A stretch of 32,000 nt of DNA, from the NCBI GenBank assembly GCA_964577555.1, contig CAZNZM010000008.1:18495-50494 (forward strand). Reading direction: 5' to 3'. The position numbers and the translations under genes were made by a program. The first letter of the stretch is position 1. Each line of letters starts with the position of its first letter. The DNA is from an uncultured archaeon (GTDB taxonomy: Archaea; Iainarchaeota; Iainarchaeia; Iainarchaeales; Iainarchaeaceae). The notes beneath the pieces were generated by a model. That model worked only from the letters and a program-made list of their open reading frames with translations, searched no databases and was not told where the DNA came from. Positions 9,040-19,042 of this stretch are shown here, in pieces.

Positions 9040-11010
9040 TTATTCGAACCCTAAAGATTTTTTTCCTGTCACCGCAACAAGCCAAATTAACCCTATAATT
9101 GAAAGCAAAAAACCTATTTTTTCAATATCAGTTTCTTCGTATCTTAATTCTATTTCTCCCTTTCCATAAACAATCATAAAGTTCGGCGAAGCCTTGTATA
9201 TTGGTGTTTCTATTCCATTTTGATATGCTTTCCATTTAGGAAAATAAGATATTTTAATATAAATCGGAACCCGCTTTTCAGATTCCACAAAAAATTTTAT
9301 TCTATCCATGGTTGGAGATTTTTCCAAAATTCTTATAACTTCAGAACCAAAACCCGGTTGCATATTTTCTTTTCCATTTATGAAAATATTTCTTCGCATG
9401 TTTTTATTGCCAAACCAATTAATGACTTCCAAATCCCAATCTTTGCCAAGATAATTTTTTGGCGCATAATCTAAAACTTGAATAAGAGAAGATTCGTTTG
9501 CTTTGTAAATATGGTAAGTATATTTCTCCATGAATTCTTTGTCAGGCTGCCAAAAGTAAAAAGAAACTATTTTCCCAAAATCTTTCCATTCTGGCAATAT
9601 TTGGTTTTTGCTGACAACATAATTAATTCCAAGCAATTCCAATTCTTCCCTTATTATATTTTTGTCAAAGTCGTTGCTATCCCATTGTTGCTCTTCCATT
9701 ACCCTTGCAATAATTGAATTTTTTGACGATTCTTGGAAAAGCCCTTTCACGCCATAAAGTTTATACTTTATAGGTATTGCATGTTGAAGCTCATGGTTAC
9801 CGGCTTGCTCGGTTTCTTTTGCATAAATTAAAACCCTTCCACTTGTTTCCCCTTGAACTTTTTCCACAAAAGGCTTTCTTATATTGCCTTCAGGATAAAG
9901 CCCAGACAAAGTCCCAACAACCAAAAGGAAAAACAAAATCGAAACTATTGGCAAAATAATACCCGGTTTTTTCCAAAATAAATTTTTGACCAAACCATAC
10001 AAGACAATAGGCAACATCAAAACTACAAACATTGTTAAACGATAGTAATGCATTGGATAATTGGCATAATTCCAGCCAACAAAACATAAAACAGCTACAA
10101 TGAAAGCAAACAAGCTTGGCTCCAAATAATCATTTTTTTTTGAAAACCACAAATAAATTGTTGCCAAGCCAGAAACAATTAAAACAATCAAATCATAAGG
10201 CAAAGAACCTGAAATAAAAAGATCAGTATAATCAATGTACGCAATTGCTGGAACCAACCAAAAAGCCGAAAGCAAAAAACCAAGCAACAATTGTTTTCCA
10301 GAAAAAAATAAACTATTTTTATTATAATGCACTATTGCAAAAGTAGATAAAAGCAAAATGGCTACAATTGAAGTAATTGTGTGTGTTAATATTATAAGAG
10401 CAAATATGAAAGCGCTTTGCAAATAATTTCCTTGCGAAAAACCCTTTTTTAGGGAACCAAAGTAAAAGAAAAAAAGCGAAAAGCCAAGCGTATTTGCCAC
10501 AAGCCCAACATTAAAAGTTGAAAACATGTCGCCACCCATAACCCCGTTTTCGAATATGAAAAGCACGGCGAACATGATTACCATAATCGAAGAGGCTTCG
10601 ATTTTTCCAATATTTTCAAAAGACCTTGCAAAATAATAGAAAGAAACAGGCAACAAAAGAATTGAAAAAGCAACAATAGATTTGAACGCATATTCAAGAG
10701 GCATTAAAAATGATAATATTACAGTTGCAAAAGTGAATAATGGCTGATAAAAAAGATTTTGTGGAAATCCAAAAAAGAAATAAGGATTCCAACCTGAAAT
10801 TTTTGGAAAAATATATTCTTTAGTGTACCAAGCTGAAAAATAATGCCCAGGTATGTCAGCAGTAAAAAGACTATTATGAATGAAAAAAGGCCAAATTAAC
10901 CAAAAAATAGAGTATGCATAAACGGCAAAAAACAATAGCAAATAAGCTTTTTCCGAAAAAAATTTTACTCCTAATTTAACAAAATCCTTTGTCTTTATCA
11001 AAATCGCCAT
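9040..11010 (-). CDS. Large multi-pass membrane protein, possibly of the 6-pyruvoyl-tetrahydropterin synthase-related / GT-C-like membrane family
   Basis: Many hydrophobic segments; N-terminal FTADIPGHYFSAWYTKEYIFPKISGWNPYFFFGFPQNLFYQPL resembles this family; soluble C-terminal domain, then a terminal TM helix. Confidence 0.55.
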   Translation of the reverse strand: MAILIKTKDFVKLGVKFFSEKAYLLLFFAVYAYSIFWLIWPFFIHNSLFTADIPGHYFSAWYTKEYIFPKISGWNPYFFFGFPQNLFYQPLFTFATVILSFLMPLEYAFKSIVAFSILLLPVSFYYFARSFENIGKIEASSIMVIMFAVLFIFENGVMGGDMFSTFNVGLVANTLGFSLFFFYFGSLKKGFSQGNYLQSAFIFALIILTHTITSIVAILLLSTFAIVHYNKNSLFFSGKQLLLGFLLSAFWLVPAIAYIDYTDLFISGSLPYDLIVLIVSGLATIYLWFSKKNDYLEPSLFAFIVAVLCFVGWNYANYPMHYYRLTMFVVLMLPIVLYGLVKNLFWKKPGIILPIVSILFFLLVVGTLSGLYPEGNIRKPFVEKVQGETSGRVLIYAKETEQAGNHELQHAIPIKYKLYGVKGLFQESSKNSIIARVMEEQQWDSNDFDKNIIREELELLGINYVVSKNQILPEWKDFGKIVSFYFWQPDKEFMEKYTYHIYKANESSLIQVLDYAPKNYLGKDWDLEVINWFGNKNMRRNIFINGKENMQPGFGSEVIRILEKSPTMDRIKFFVESEKRVPIYIKISYFPKWKAYQNGIETPIYKASPNFMIVYGKGEIELRYEETDIEKIGFLLSIIGLIWLVAVTGKKSLGFE

Positions 11011-11025
11011 TCAAAAAACCGCTTT

Positions 11026-11490
11026 TCAAATTTCAGAATTTTTACAACTTTGAGGAACAAGGAAATCACTTTCAGAAACATTTTTTGAATAATTTTTTAT
11101 TGTAGATCCTTCCTTACCTATACAATTAATTATTTCAAAAGGGTTGAAATAAGGCTCTTTCGCCTTTTCATGTTTTTTTATACATCCTTTTGAAGTGATA
11201 TAATATTGTTCGCTTTCCATAACGCTCTTGTCAAAAATTTCTAAGTACTCTACAATATTGCCATGATTCACATTTTCAATTTTTTTGTATTTTATCAAAT
11301 ATTTTTCAGGCGTATCAACATGCCAATAATGCATTAAAATATTTGGTGTTTCAGCCTCCCAATAAACTTTGAAAGGCAAAACTTCTTTGCATACTATCTT
11401 CCTGTTGTCATATTCCGACTTTGCCAATGTTGCAATTAAAAAAACAGTCAAAAACAGAAATATTGCTACAACAACGTATTGCAAATTCAT
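11026..11490 (-). CDS. Hypothetical protein with a single N-terminal membrane anchor
   Basis: MNLQYVVVAIFLFLTVFLIATLAKSEYDN hydrophobic N-terminus followed by a soluble domain. Confidence 0.6.
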   Translation of the reverse strand: MNLQYVVVAIFLFLTVFLIATLAKSEYDNRKIVCKEVLPFKVYWEAETPNILMHYWHVDTPEKYLIKYKKIENVNHGNIVEYLEIFDKSVMESEQYYITSKGCIKKHEKAKEPYFNPFEIINCIGKEGSTIKNYSKNVSESDFLVPQSCKNSEI

Positions 11491-11535
11491 AAATTAACAT
11501 TCCACCATTTTATTTAAAAAAAAAAGATTTATAAG

Positions 11536-11607
11536 CGCCCACACCGGGAGTTGAACCCGGCCCTCGACCGTGACAGGGTCGCATACTAACCGATATACTA
11601 TGTGGGC
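11536..11607 (-). tRNA. tRNA-Asp(GTC)
   Basis: Reverse strand: acceptor GCCCACA/TGTGGGC, anticodon stem CGACC/GGTCG with loop CTGTCAC, T arm CCGGG-TTCAACT-CCCGG. Confidence 0.95.
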
Positions 11608-11764
11608 TTTTTTAATCATAAAATCTATAATTTGAGAAGGCTTTTAATGTTTTCCAACAAATCGCAAAAAACAGAATAATTGTTTTTATTCGGCAATTTT
11701 TTGTTGTAATACATTATTTTTTTCCAGGACAAAAATTTAATAATTTGATAATTCTCGCTTTTTA

Positions 11765-12685
11765 TTATTTTTTAACCAATTTTGCCAAAAAAAACGCTTG
11801 CGAATTGTTGTCTTGCGGATAAATTCTTGCGCATTTTGACACTTCGGAATCGTATTTTTTACCATTCCACTGGCTTATTCCCTTTCTCGTCTTGAACCCA
11901 TCAACTGCAATTTCTTCAACAAAAAAACCGCCATTCTTTAATGCAAAATCCACAATCTCTTCATCTTCTTCCGGAGAAAGGGAGCATGTGCTATAAACAA
12001 TTGTTCCATTAGGCTTAAGCAATTCAATGCACTTTTTCACAAGTTTTTTTTGCAAACTTGATTTTATTTGAACAAGTTCGTTGCTCCAATTTTTAAGTGC
12101 ATCAAAATCTTTTCTTACCAAGCCTTCTGAACTGCATGGCGCATCTAAAAGTATCTTGTCAAACAAATTCTTTTTTTTTGCACCCAGCAAATCCATTCTC
12201 TTGGCTTCAACATTTCCCATTCCAAATTTTTTAATATTAAAACAAAGGCTTTTGTATCTTTCAAAATTTTTTTCTACGGCCACTATTTTTCCAAGTCCGT
12301 TCATTAAGCAAGAAAGCTGCAATGTCTTGTTACCAGGGGCTGCACAGGCATCAAGTACAATATTTTTTTGTTCAGGGTTCAAAGCTATTGCAGGCAACAT
12401 TGAAGCCTTTTCCTGCAAATTGAATAACCCGTCCTTGAATTCTCGGGTTTGCCCAGGTTTTTCAATATTTTCCAATCCAAAAGCATTTTCATGAAAAAGC
12501 CTTTCAAGTTTCCAACCTTTTTTTACAAGAATTTTTTCAAGCAACCCAGGTTTTATTTTTAGAGAATTAACCCAAATGCTTTTAGGATATTTTGTTTTGC
12601 AGAAACTGAAAAATTCTTCGCTTTCAATTCCAAGAATTTTTTCATATTTTTTCTTGAAATCCTCAGGAATAAAAGTTTTTTTCAT
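11765..12685 (-). CDS. NOL1/NOP2/Sun family RNA (cytosine-5) methyltransferase
   Basis: VLDACAAPGNKTLQLSCLM, LLDAPCSSEGLVRKDFDAL, TIVYSTCSLSPEEDEEIV. Confidence 0.92.
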   Translation of the reverse strand: MKKTFIPEDFKKKYEKILGIESEEFFSFCKTKYPKSIWVNSLKIKPGLLEKILVKKGWKLERLFHENAFGLENIEKPGQTREFKDGLFNLQEKASMLPAIALNPEQKNIVLDACAAPGNKTLQLSCLMNGLGKIVAVEKNFERYKSLCFNIKKFGMGNVEAKRMDLLGAKKKNLFDKILLDAPCSSEGLVRKDFDALKNWSNELVQIKSSLQKKLVKKCIELLKPNGTIVYSTCSLSPEEDEEIVDFALKNGGFFVEEIAVDGFKTRKGISQWNGKKYDSEVSKCARIYPQDNNSQAFFLAKLVKK

Positions 12686-12700
12686 AAACGCAATATTGAA

Positions 12701-13853
12701 TCAATTTATTTTCTTGTCCAGCACACATAACATTTCAACATGCATTGTCTGTGGAAACTGGTCAAAAGCTTTTATCGTTTTAATTTTATATTCTGGCAAA
12801 GCCTTTATATCCTGATGCAATGATTCAGGGTTGCATGAAACGTATATTATCCTATTAGGAAAAATTTTTTTTATTCCATCAATAGCTTTTCTTTCAAGCC
12901 CTTTTCTTGGCGGGTCAACTATTATTGTATCAAACCATGCTTCGGTGTTTTTAAGCCATTTTTCAACATTGCTTGAAAAAAACTGAATATTTTTTATTCC
13001 ATTTAGTTCAGCATTCATTTTTGCCGATTCTATGCTTTCTTCGTTTAATTCAACCCCGATAATTTTATTGCATTTGTCTGCAAAACATATTGCTATTGTT
13101 CCTACGCCGCAATAAAGATCAAGCACTATAGAATTTTTTTTTATGTATTTTTTTGCAATGGAAAAAATTCTTTCAGCGCTTTTTACATTCACTTGAAAAA
13201 AATTGTTTCCCCTTATAACAAACTTATTTCCAAGCAATTCCTCTATTATAAAATTTTTTCCGAATGTTTTAATTATTTTTCCTTGTGCCGAATCGCTCCA
13301 TGTTTCGTTTTGCATTATATTTACTCCGACAACTTTTTGGTTAAGCAATTCTTTGCAAAGAATTTCAATTTTTGGGTTTACGCTTCCAAAAAAAAACCAA
13401 ATTGCAAAGCATTTCCCCATTTCCGTTTCTTCGCAAAACCGCATACCTTAAACCGTGTCTTCTTTTCATTATTGTGGCGCTTTCAATTTCAAGTTCTTTC
13501 AGCTTTGAATCAATAAACATTATAATAGAATTCATTTCTTCGCTTATAAGCCAGCATTTTGAAATTTGAAAAGTTTCTTTTGCATTTTTCTTGCTTCTGA
13601 ACCCGAGTTTTTTGTTTATATAAGCTAACTCTATTTTGTTTCTGTAAAATAGGTTTGAATCAGCTGGTTCAACTTTGATTTTTCTGTTGAAAAGCAAACT
13701 TACAGCATTTGATTTTATTTTTAATTGCTCTTTGTAATCAATATCCATTAATGGGCATCCGTTGCATTCTTCTTTTTGGTGCATGCATACAGGTTCTTGC
13801 CTCATTTTTTCTGCTTTTTTCATTTTTTCCAAATCAAAAAACATTTGCATCAC
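12701..13853 (-). pseudogene. TrmA/RumA-family RNA (uracil-5) methyltransferase gene interrupted by a frameshift (N-terminal ORF 13365..13853, C-terminal ORF 12701..13444)
   Basis: The N-terminal ORF has a cysteine cluster (CMHQKEECNGCP...C). The C-terminal ORF, in another frame, has NNFFQVN, VLDLYCGVGTIAIC, GVELNEESIESAKMNAELNG, IIVDPPRKGLE and VYVSCNPESL-like IIYVSCNPESLHQD. The ORFs overlap around a run of nine As on + (nine Ts on the coding strand) at about 13388-13396. Confidence 0.85.
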
Positions 13854-14909
13854 TTATTTTATCCCAAGGTTTTTGGCTATTATTATTTTTTTTCCAAAGA
13901 AAAATGCATGCAACTTTAAATAACCTTCAAGTTTGCTTTCAATGTTTTTTTTCATTTCAATATGCTCTTTTTCCTCAAATTTTCCCCTTAAAACAATTTT
14001 GCCAGCCTTCAATTTTGCCAATTTGTCAATCATTTCATTGACTGAATCTGCTTCTCCGAGAACTTTAAACGAATTTATGAAAAAAGGCGAATTACATTTT
14101 TGTGCAGACCCCAAAAAATTTTCCTGAAAAACGAATGCTTTTTTATTAGATTTGCCCAACGAGTCATAAATTTGTTTTTGCATTTTAAACCTTACAACCC
14201 CTTCGTTCATTTCATATAAGTACCTTAATGGAAAATTTTTTGCATTGATACAATTCCCAATTTCATTTGCTTCCAATCTTTTTTTTGAAGGCAAATCCAC
14301 TACAGAAAAATTAGATTTTTTAATTTCGCCAAAATAAAGACTTATGCAGTTTGGCTTGCCATTTATTGTTATAAACTCTTTTTCGCAATTTTCTGGAAGT
14401 TCCTCAGGTTTTAGCATGTGAGAAATTTCTATGCAAAAATTTTTCACTTTGCTATCGCTTATGAATTTGATAATTTGAATTGTATCCGGTTCTGTCTCGG
14501 AAAGCGCTTTCACTCTTTTTTCTTCAACCCTTCGCGATGGATCAGCAAAAACAAAATTTGGCATTATTTCTTTCAAATCTACTTTGCGATAATCCGAGCA
14601 AATGAACTTTATATTGTTCATTTCATAGACTTCTGCATTTGCTTTTGCACATTCAATCACTTCTTTGTCCAAATCAAAAGCATAAACTTTTTCAAAATTT
14701 TTTGCCAACGCGATTGAATCCATTCCTATACCGCAACACAAATCCACCGCAATTTTTCCTGATGCCCTGCCTGCTCTGTAATTTGCAACTATTTCTGGCG
14801 TGGCTTGTTCGGCCGCGCTCATGCTTGGAAAATACATTTCTTTCCATTTTTTGAATTTGTTTGAAAGCATTTCTTTTGCCATGTGTTTTTCATATTGACT
14901 TATTAGCAT
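13854..14909 (-). CDS. Class I SAM-dependent methyltransferase with THUMP-like C-terminal domain
   Basis: IAVDLCCGIGMDSIALAKNFEKVYAFDLD, FVFADPSRRVEEKRV (DPSRR motif typical of this family). Confidence 0.8.
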   Translation of the reverse strand: MLISQYEKHMAKEMLSNKFKKWKEMYFPSMSAAEQATPEIVANYRAGRASGKIAVDLCCGIGMDSIALAKNFEKVYAFDLDKEVIECAKANAEVYEMNNIKFICSDYRKVDLKEIMPNFVFADPSRRVEEKRVKALSETEPDTIQIIKFISDSKVKNFCIEISHMLKPEELPENCEKEFITINGKPNCISLYFGEIKKSNFSVVDLPSKKRLEANEIGNCINAKNFPLRYLYEMNEGVVRFKMQKQIYDSLGKSNKKAFVFQENFLGSAQKCNSPFFINSFKVLGEADSVNEMIDKLAKLKAGKIVLRGKFEEKEHIEMKKNIESKLEGYLKLHAFFFGKKIIIAKNLGIK

Positions 14910-14913
14910 GAAA

Positions 14914-16407
14914 TCATCCGATTATTTTTTTTTCGTTTTCTTTCAAAAATCGTTTTGCAGCTTTTATGGTTTTGATTCCAGGAGAAATCGCAAAGAACGT
15001 GAATATTGCTATTGAGGTTATTTCTCTTGAATATATTATTGGAACTCCGAATCTTGGAAGATCATTGTAAAGAAGATAAGTAATGTAAGCAAAACAAAAA
15101 ACCACAAATAGATTTATTATTATGTCATTAAAGTGTTTGATTTTAGGATTTGGCTGTCCAATATTTTTTTCTTCTATTTTGAAAGGCAGTTGGATTGCTG
15201 GAATTGATTTGAAAATGCTTTGATGGGTTTTTCTTGCATTATAAAGCGGTTGGAACATTAAAAGAGTAATTATTATTAGCATGAAAGCCAATGGCCCGAT
15301 AATAGAATTTTCTTTTGCCGATAATATGCCGGCAGTGACAGTTGCTATTATTACTACAAATTCTCCTAAAGGTGAAAGCAATATTGCCATTAAACTTGAA
15401 TCTTCTTCATTCAATCCAAAGCTTTTGCCAAAAATCCGCGAGCTAATTGAATGTGCTGCAATTGCTGTTAGGCCAAGTAATAGAGCCAACCCAGCAATAT
15501 AAATCAATCCGCTTATTTCCGGTATTACAACTTTTCCCTGTGTTTCATCAAAAAACAAAGTTGTTCCGAAACCTACAAAGAAAAACACGAGGAAAAAGTC
15601 TCTTAAAAAACTGACGTCTTTTTTTATTCTTTCTCCAGAATTCGTCTCATTTAATGCAAAGCCTGCAAAGTAAGCCCCTATAGCTGTCGAAAGCCCTAAA
15701 AACCCAGCGAGTGTTGCAGTTATAAGTCCGACGCCGAGTGCATATAATGTTATTTCAGTGTGTCCGAATTCGTTGTTTTTCATCCAGTCTTCAATTATTC
15801 TTGAAAGATGATAAACCGCATAGAATGTGCTTACTGCAAACACTATTGCTGAAATTGCTAGGTCTATTACTGAACCGCCTTTGGAACTCAAACTTGTGAC
15901 AAAAACCAGACAAAGTATCCCCAAAAAATCCTGTAAAATCAATATTGACAAAGATGTCTTTGCCGCAAAATTTTGCATCAACCCTTTTCCAAGTATGAAT
16001 TTTGCAACAATAGCTGTGCTAGTGCAAAACATCATTATTCCAACAACCAATGAAAATGTCACGGAATAACCTAAAAACAACATAATTGCTACGCCTAAAC
16101 CAGTTGTTAGCACCATGTCAATAATAGCCAGACCGAATATTGTGGAACCAGCCCCCAAAAATTCTTTTAGTGAAAGTTCTATTCCAAGATAAAACAAAAG
16201 TACAAAAAGCCCAAGTTCTGCAAAGCCCTTAACCAAAGGGTCTGTCGGGCTCAAGAAATGCAATCCAAAGGGGCCAAGAATAAAACCCGCGATTATGAAC
16301 CCTATTACTTCGTTTTGCCCAAGTTTTTTTATTAGAGTACTAAAAACTATTGAAATTATTATTATTACTCCTATCGTAGTAAGAGGCAATACAACTGCTT
16401 CTGTCAT
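14914..16407 (-). CDS. Cation:proton antiporter, CPA2/KefB-like
   Basis: GQNEVIGFIIAGFILGPFGL, LGLFVLLFYLGIELSL, GIMMFCTSTAIVAKFI, ILILQDFLGILCLVF, GAYFAGFALNET, with 12 or more hydrophobic segments. Confidence 0.88.
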   Translation of the reverse strand: MTEAVVLPLTTIGVIIIISIVFSTLIKKLGQNEVIGFIIAGFILGPFGLHFLSPTDPLVKGFAELGLFVLLFYLGIELSLKEFLGAGSTIFGLAIIDMVLTTGLGVAIMLFLGYSVTFSLVVGIMMFCTSTAIVAKFILGKGLMQNFAAKTSLSILILQDFLGILCLVFVTSLSSKGGSVIDLAISAIVFAVSTFYAVYHLSRIIEDWMKNNEFGHTEITLYALGVGLITATLAGFLGLSTAIGAYFAGFALNETNSGERIKKDVSFLRDFFLVFFFVGFGTTLFFDETQGKVVIPEISGLIYIAGLALLLGLTAIAAHSISSRIFGKSFGLNEEDSSLMAILLSPLGEFVVIIATVTAGILSAKENSIIGPLAFMLIIITLLMFQPLYNARKTHQSIFKSIPAIQLPFKIEEKNIGQPNPKIKHFNDIIINLFVVFCFAYITYLLYNDLPRFGVPIIYSREITSIAIFTFFAISPGIKTIKAAKRFLKENEKKIIG

Positions 16408-16646
16408 GTTATTGAATAAATCAACTTATAATATAAAAACCTGCTTCATAGTTTTAATGATTGGTTTAGCAAAAAGAACAAAAACAAGTAATTGTCTTAA
16501 AAACCAGCCAAAAATAAAAAGTAGTTAAAAGTTGTCATGCATCAATGCTTTGCAAAGCCAATGCAAATAAAATTTTTGCAAAAAAATTTTCTTTTTTTTT
16601 TATTAAATGTGCAGCCACCAATTTGACGGCCACACTTTTATTTTAG

Positions 16647-17171
16647 TTAAATTGGAATCAAATTATAGGTTTTGCCGCCAGACACCGAAATGATCTTTGA
16701 AGGTTGTTTTGAAGGTTGCGGCATTGGCCATTTTATACTGCCATTTTTATCTGTGTTGTTCTTATCATTTATATTCTTATCCGTTATATTCATGTCAGAG
16801 GTTTGCTTTCTTTTCATAGAAATATAAACCGAATTATTTCCGGCTTTTAATATTTTTTCCTGCCCGCTGGGATAATATTTATCTTTTGTACCTATAAAAG
16901 CATAATTGCCTGGTGGAAGTTCAAACTCTGCAAGTCCATTTGAGTTTGTCATTGCAGTTCCTTCTATAACGCCATTTATTGTAGCCCACCTATCTGTTGC
17001 TATTGGAAACGAATAATTGGAATATGCTTTGACATACACTTTTTCAATAGGCATTCCGGTTGATTGATCACTCACCCAAACCGAAACATTTGCTTCAGGT
17101 TTTTCCCCGCAACCCGCCAAAATGATTGTTGCTATTGCCAACAATCCAATTATAAAAAAATTATTATTCAT
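16647..17171 (-). CDS. Predicted lipoprotein with a carboxypeptidase-regulatory-like beta domain
   Basis: Signal/lipobox IIGLLAIATIILAGCGEKPE; domain VSVWVSDQSTGMPIEKVYVKAYS...TNSNGLAEFELPPGNYAFIG. Confidence 0.7.
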   Translation of the reverse strand: MNNNFFIIGLLAIATIILAGCGEKPEANVSVWVSDQSTGMPIEKVYVKAYSNYSFPIATDRWATINGVIEGTAMTNSNGLAEFELPPGNYAFIGTKDKYYPSGQEKILKAGNNSVYISMKRKQTSDMNITDKNINDKNNTDKNGSIKWPMPQPSKQPSKIISVSGGKTYNLIPI

Positions 17172-17254
17172 TTATATGCCTCCTTTGAATGAAATTTTAA
17201 ACATATTAATTTTGCAAGATATATTTATAACTTACTTTTAGTTTAGTTATTGAG

Positions 17255-19042
17255 TTAATTTTTTACTCTTATGTTTTTATTTTGCCTTTTTTTTGGATTA
17301 TAAACCATGTATATCCTGTCAAGATATTTGTCATTGTGCTTCATCCAACCAGGCAATACTCCTGCTTTTTCAAATCCTTCCCTTTCATAAAGTTTTATAG
17401 CTTTTTTATTATCAGAATAAACCGTAAGATAAATGTTGTGAGGTTTGAACATTTGCATGCTTTCTTTTATTATCATTCTTATAAGCGTTGTTCCAAGCCC
17501 AACCCCCCTGAACTCTTTTGCTATGTAGAAACTTAAAGAGACGTTGTCCCTTTCTCTTCTTGGCATTTTTTCCGCCACGGCTCTGCCAACAATTCTATTT
17601 TCATATTCAACTACCCAACAAATCATTTCTTTCCTATTTATTTTTGCAATGCTTTCTTCATCAATCTCTCGTTCCTCAGCGTTGCTCACTCTTTGATCTA
17701 TTGCTATATATGCTCCTTCTTCAACAAGCTTGTTGAAAAAAACCCTTAATTTTCCAAAATCATCCCTTGTAAAACTTCTAATTATTACAACCCTTCCGTC
17801 TTTCAACTTTACTTCTTTCCTGAAAAGCAATGAATTCTTAAATATTTTTTCATATTGATTAATTCTTATTGATGATGCAATCGTGGATAACACTATTGTA
17901 ATAGTAACTATTTCCGTTCCAAAACCAACCGAATTAGGATAAATGAAAATAAAAGTTGCAAGACCCGCACTTAATATGTCTCGCGGCAACATTACCACTT
18001 GAAGAAAATTTTCATGTTTTTGTGATTTTGAAATCTTATGCATTATGCCTACTACTGATGCCCTTGCAAAAAATATTCCCAACAATATAAGAATTCCTAT
18101 CAAAATGTTTTGCACAGTGAGTTGTTCAGGTCTGAAAATCATGCCCAAATAAACAAAGAAAAAAGCTCCTATAAAGAGGCTTATTTCCTGTTGGAAGAAT
18201 CTGAAGGAATCATCAACTTCAAACGAACCATGCATTTTTAAGGTTTTGAAAAAATCATCAGAATTGGCAAGCACAAAACCAATTATTGCCAAAGAAATAA
18301 CACCTATTCCGCCAAGATAAACAAAATCGATATAATAAATAGCCAAAACCAATGCAAAAAGAGGCAAAAACCCAGCTCTTTTGATTTTGAGTTTTAACAT
18401 TGCAAAAAGAAGCATTATGCCAACAATCAAACCTATAATAAAAGAAACAGAAAAAAGCCAAAACAAAACAGTGCCAACATTTATTGCAACTTTTGCAGCC
18501 TCCAACTCAGAATATTTCATTAAAGCTATTGCGATTATGCAAACAATTAAAGAAGACAAAGAAGCCTCAATATAAAGCCTGCTTCTTGTAGCATTTGTTG
18601 TTCTTAATAAAGGTGCTATATAGTATACAGTATAAGATGAAATTCCCCCAAAGATTGCTGAAAGCACAAGAGAATCTTTTAAATTCCAATCCAAAATAAA
18701 ATTTAAAATCAAAAAAATCACAATAATTGAAGTGAACGTATGAAGAAACGCTGCTAACACGGAATTCAAAATATTGCCTGCCACATCCCTGGCTTTCAAT
18801 CTGAACCCGGCTTCAAAAATAATTGAAACAATTGCAATTGCTCCAATAACAGGAGCTACGCTTTGAAGATACTCCAACTCAATTTTAGGGATTGAAAAAA
18901 AAGATATTAAACCAAGAGGACCAAGGCAAAAACCAGTTGCTATTAATATTATTGATTCCGGAATCCTTGTCTTCTCAAAAGCAAACCTGCTTGCAAAGCC
19001 AAGTCCAATTATGATACTTATAAGAAAAATTATTTCAAACAT
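17255..19042 (-). CDS. Cation:proton antiporter (CPA1/2-like) fused to a C-terminal GNAT acetyltransferase domain
   Basis: N-terminal antiporter: RIPESIILIATGFCLGPLGL, AIVSIIFEAGFRL, SAIFGGISSYTVYYIAPL. C-terminal GNAT: VIIRSFTRDDFGKLRVFF...SLSFYIAKEFRGVGLGTTLIRMIIKES...LTVYSDNKKAIKLYEREGFEKAG. Confidence 0.88.
   Translation of the reverse strand: MFEIIFLISIIIGLGFASRFAFEKTRIPESIILIATGFCLGPLGLISFFSIPKIELEYLQSVAPVIGAIAIVSIIFEAGFRLKARDVAGNILNSVLAAFLHTFTSIIVIFLILNFILDWNLKDSLVLSAIFGGISSYTVYYIAPLLRTTNATRSRLYIEASLSSLIVCIIAIALMKYSELEAAKVAINVGTVLFWLFSVSFIIGLIVGIMLLFAMLKLKIKRAGFLPLFALVLAIYYIDFVYLGGIGVISLAIIGFVLANSDDFFKTLKMHGSFEVDDSFRFFQQEISLFIGAFFFVYLGMIFRPEQLTVQNILIGILILLGIFFARASVVGIMHKISKSQKHENFLQVVMLPRDILSAGLATFIFIYPNSVGFGTEIVTITIVLSTIASSIRINQYEKIFKNSLLFRKEVKLKDGRVVIIRSFTRDDFGKLRVFFNKLVEEGAYIAIDQRVSNAEEREIDEESIAKINRKEMICWVVEYENRIVGRAVAEKMPRRERDNVSLSFYIAKEFRGVGLGTTLIRMIIKESMQMFKPHNIYLTVYSDNKKAIKLYEREGFEKAGVLPGWMKHNDKYLDRIYMVYNPKKRQNKNIRVKN

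Noticed and set aside
7946-11010. Defence island around the kinase-deaminase fusion
   Set aside because: Neighbours are a HAD hydrolase and a large membrane protein; no second immune gene, integrase or toxin was recognised, so only the fusion itself is flagged.
12081-12494. 137-aa + ORF
   Set aside because: Antisense to the NSUN methyltransferase gene.
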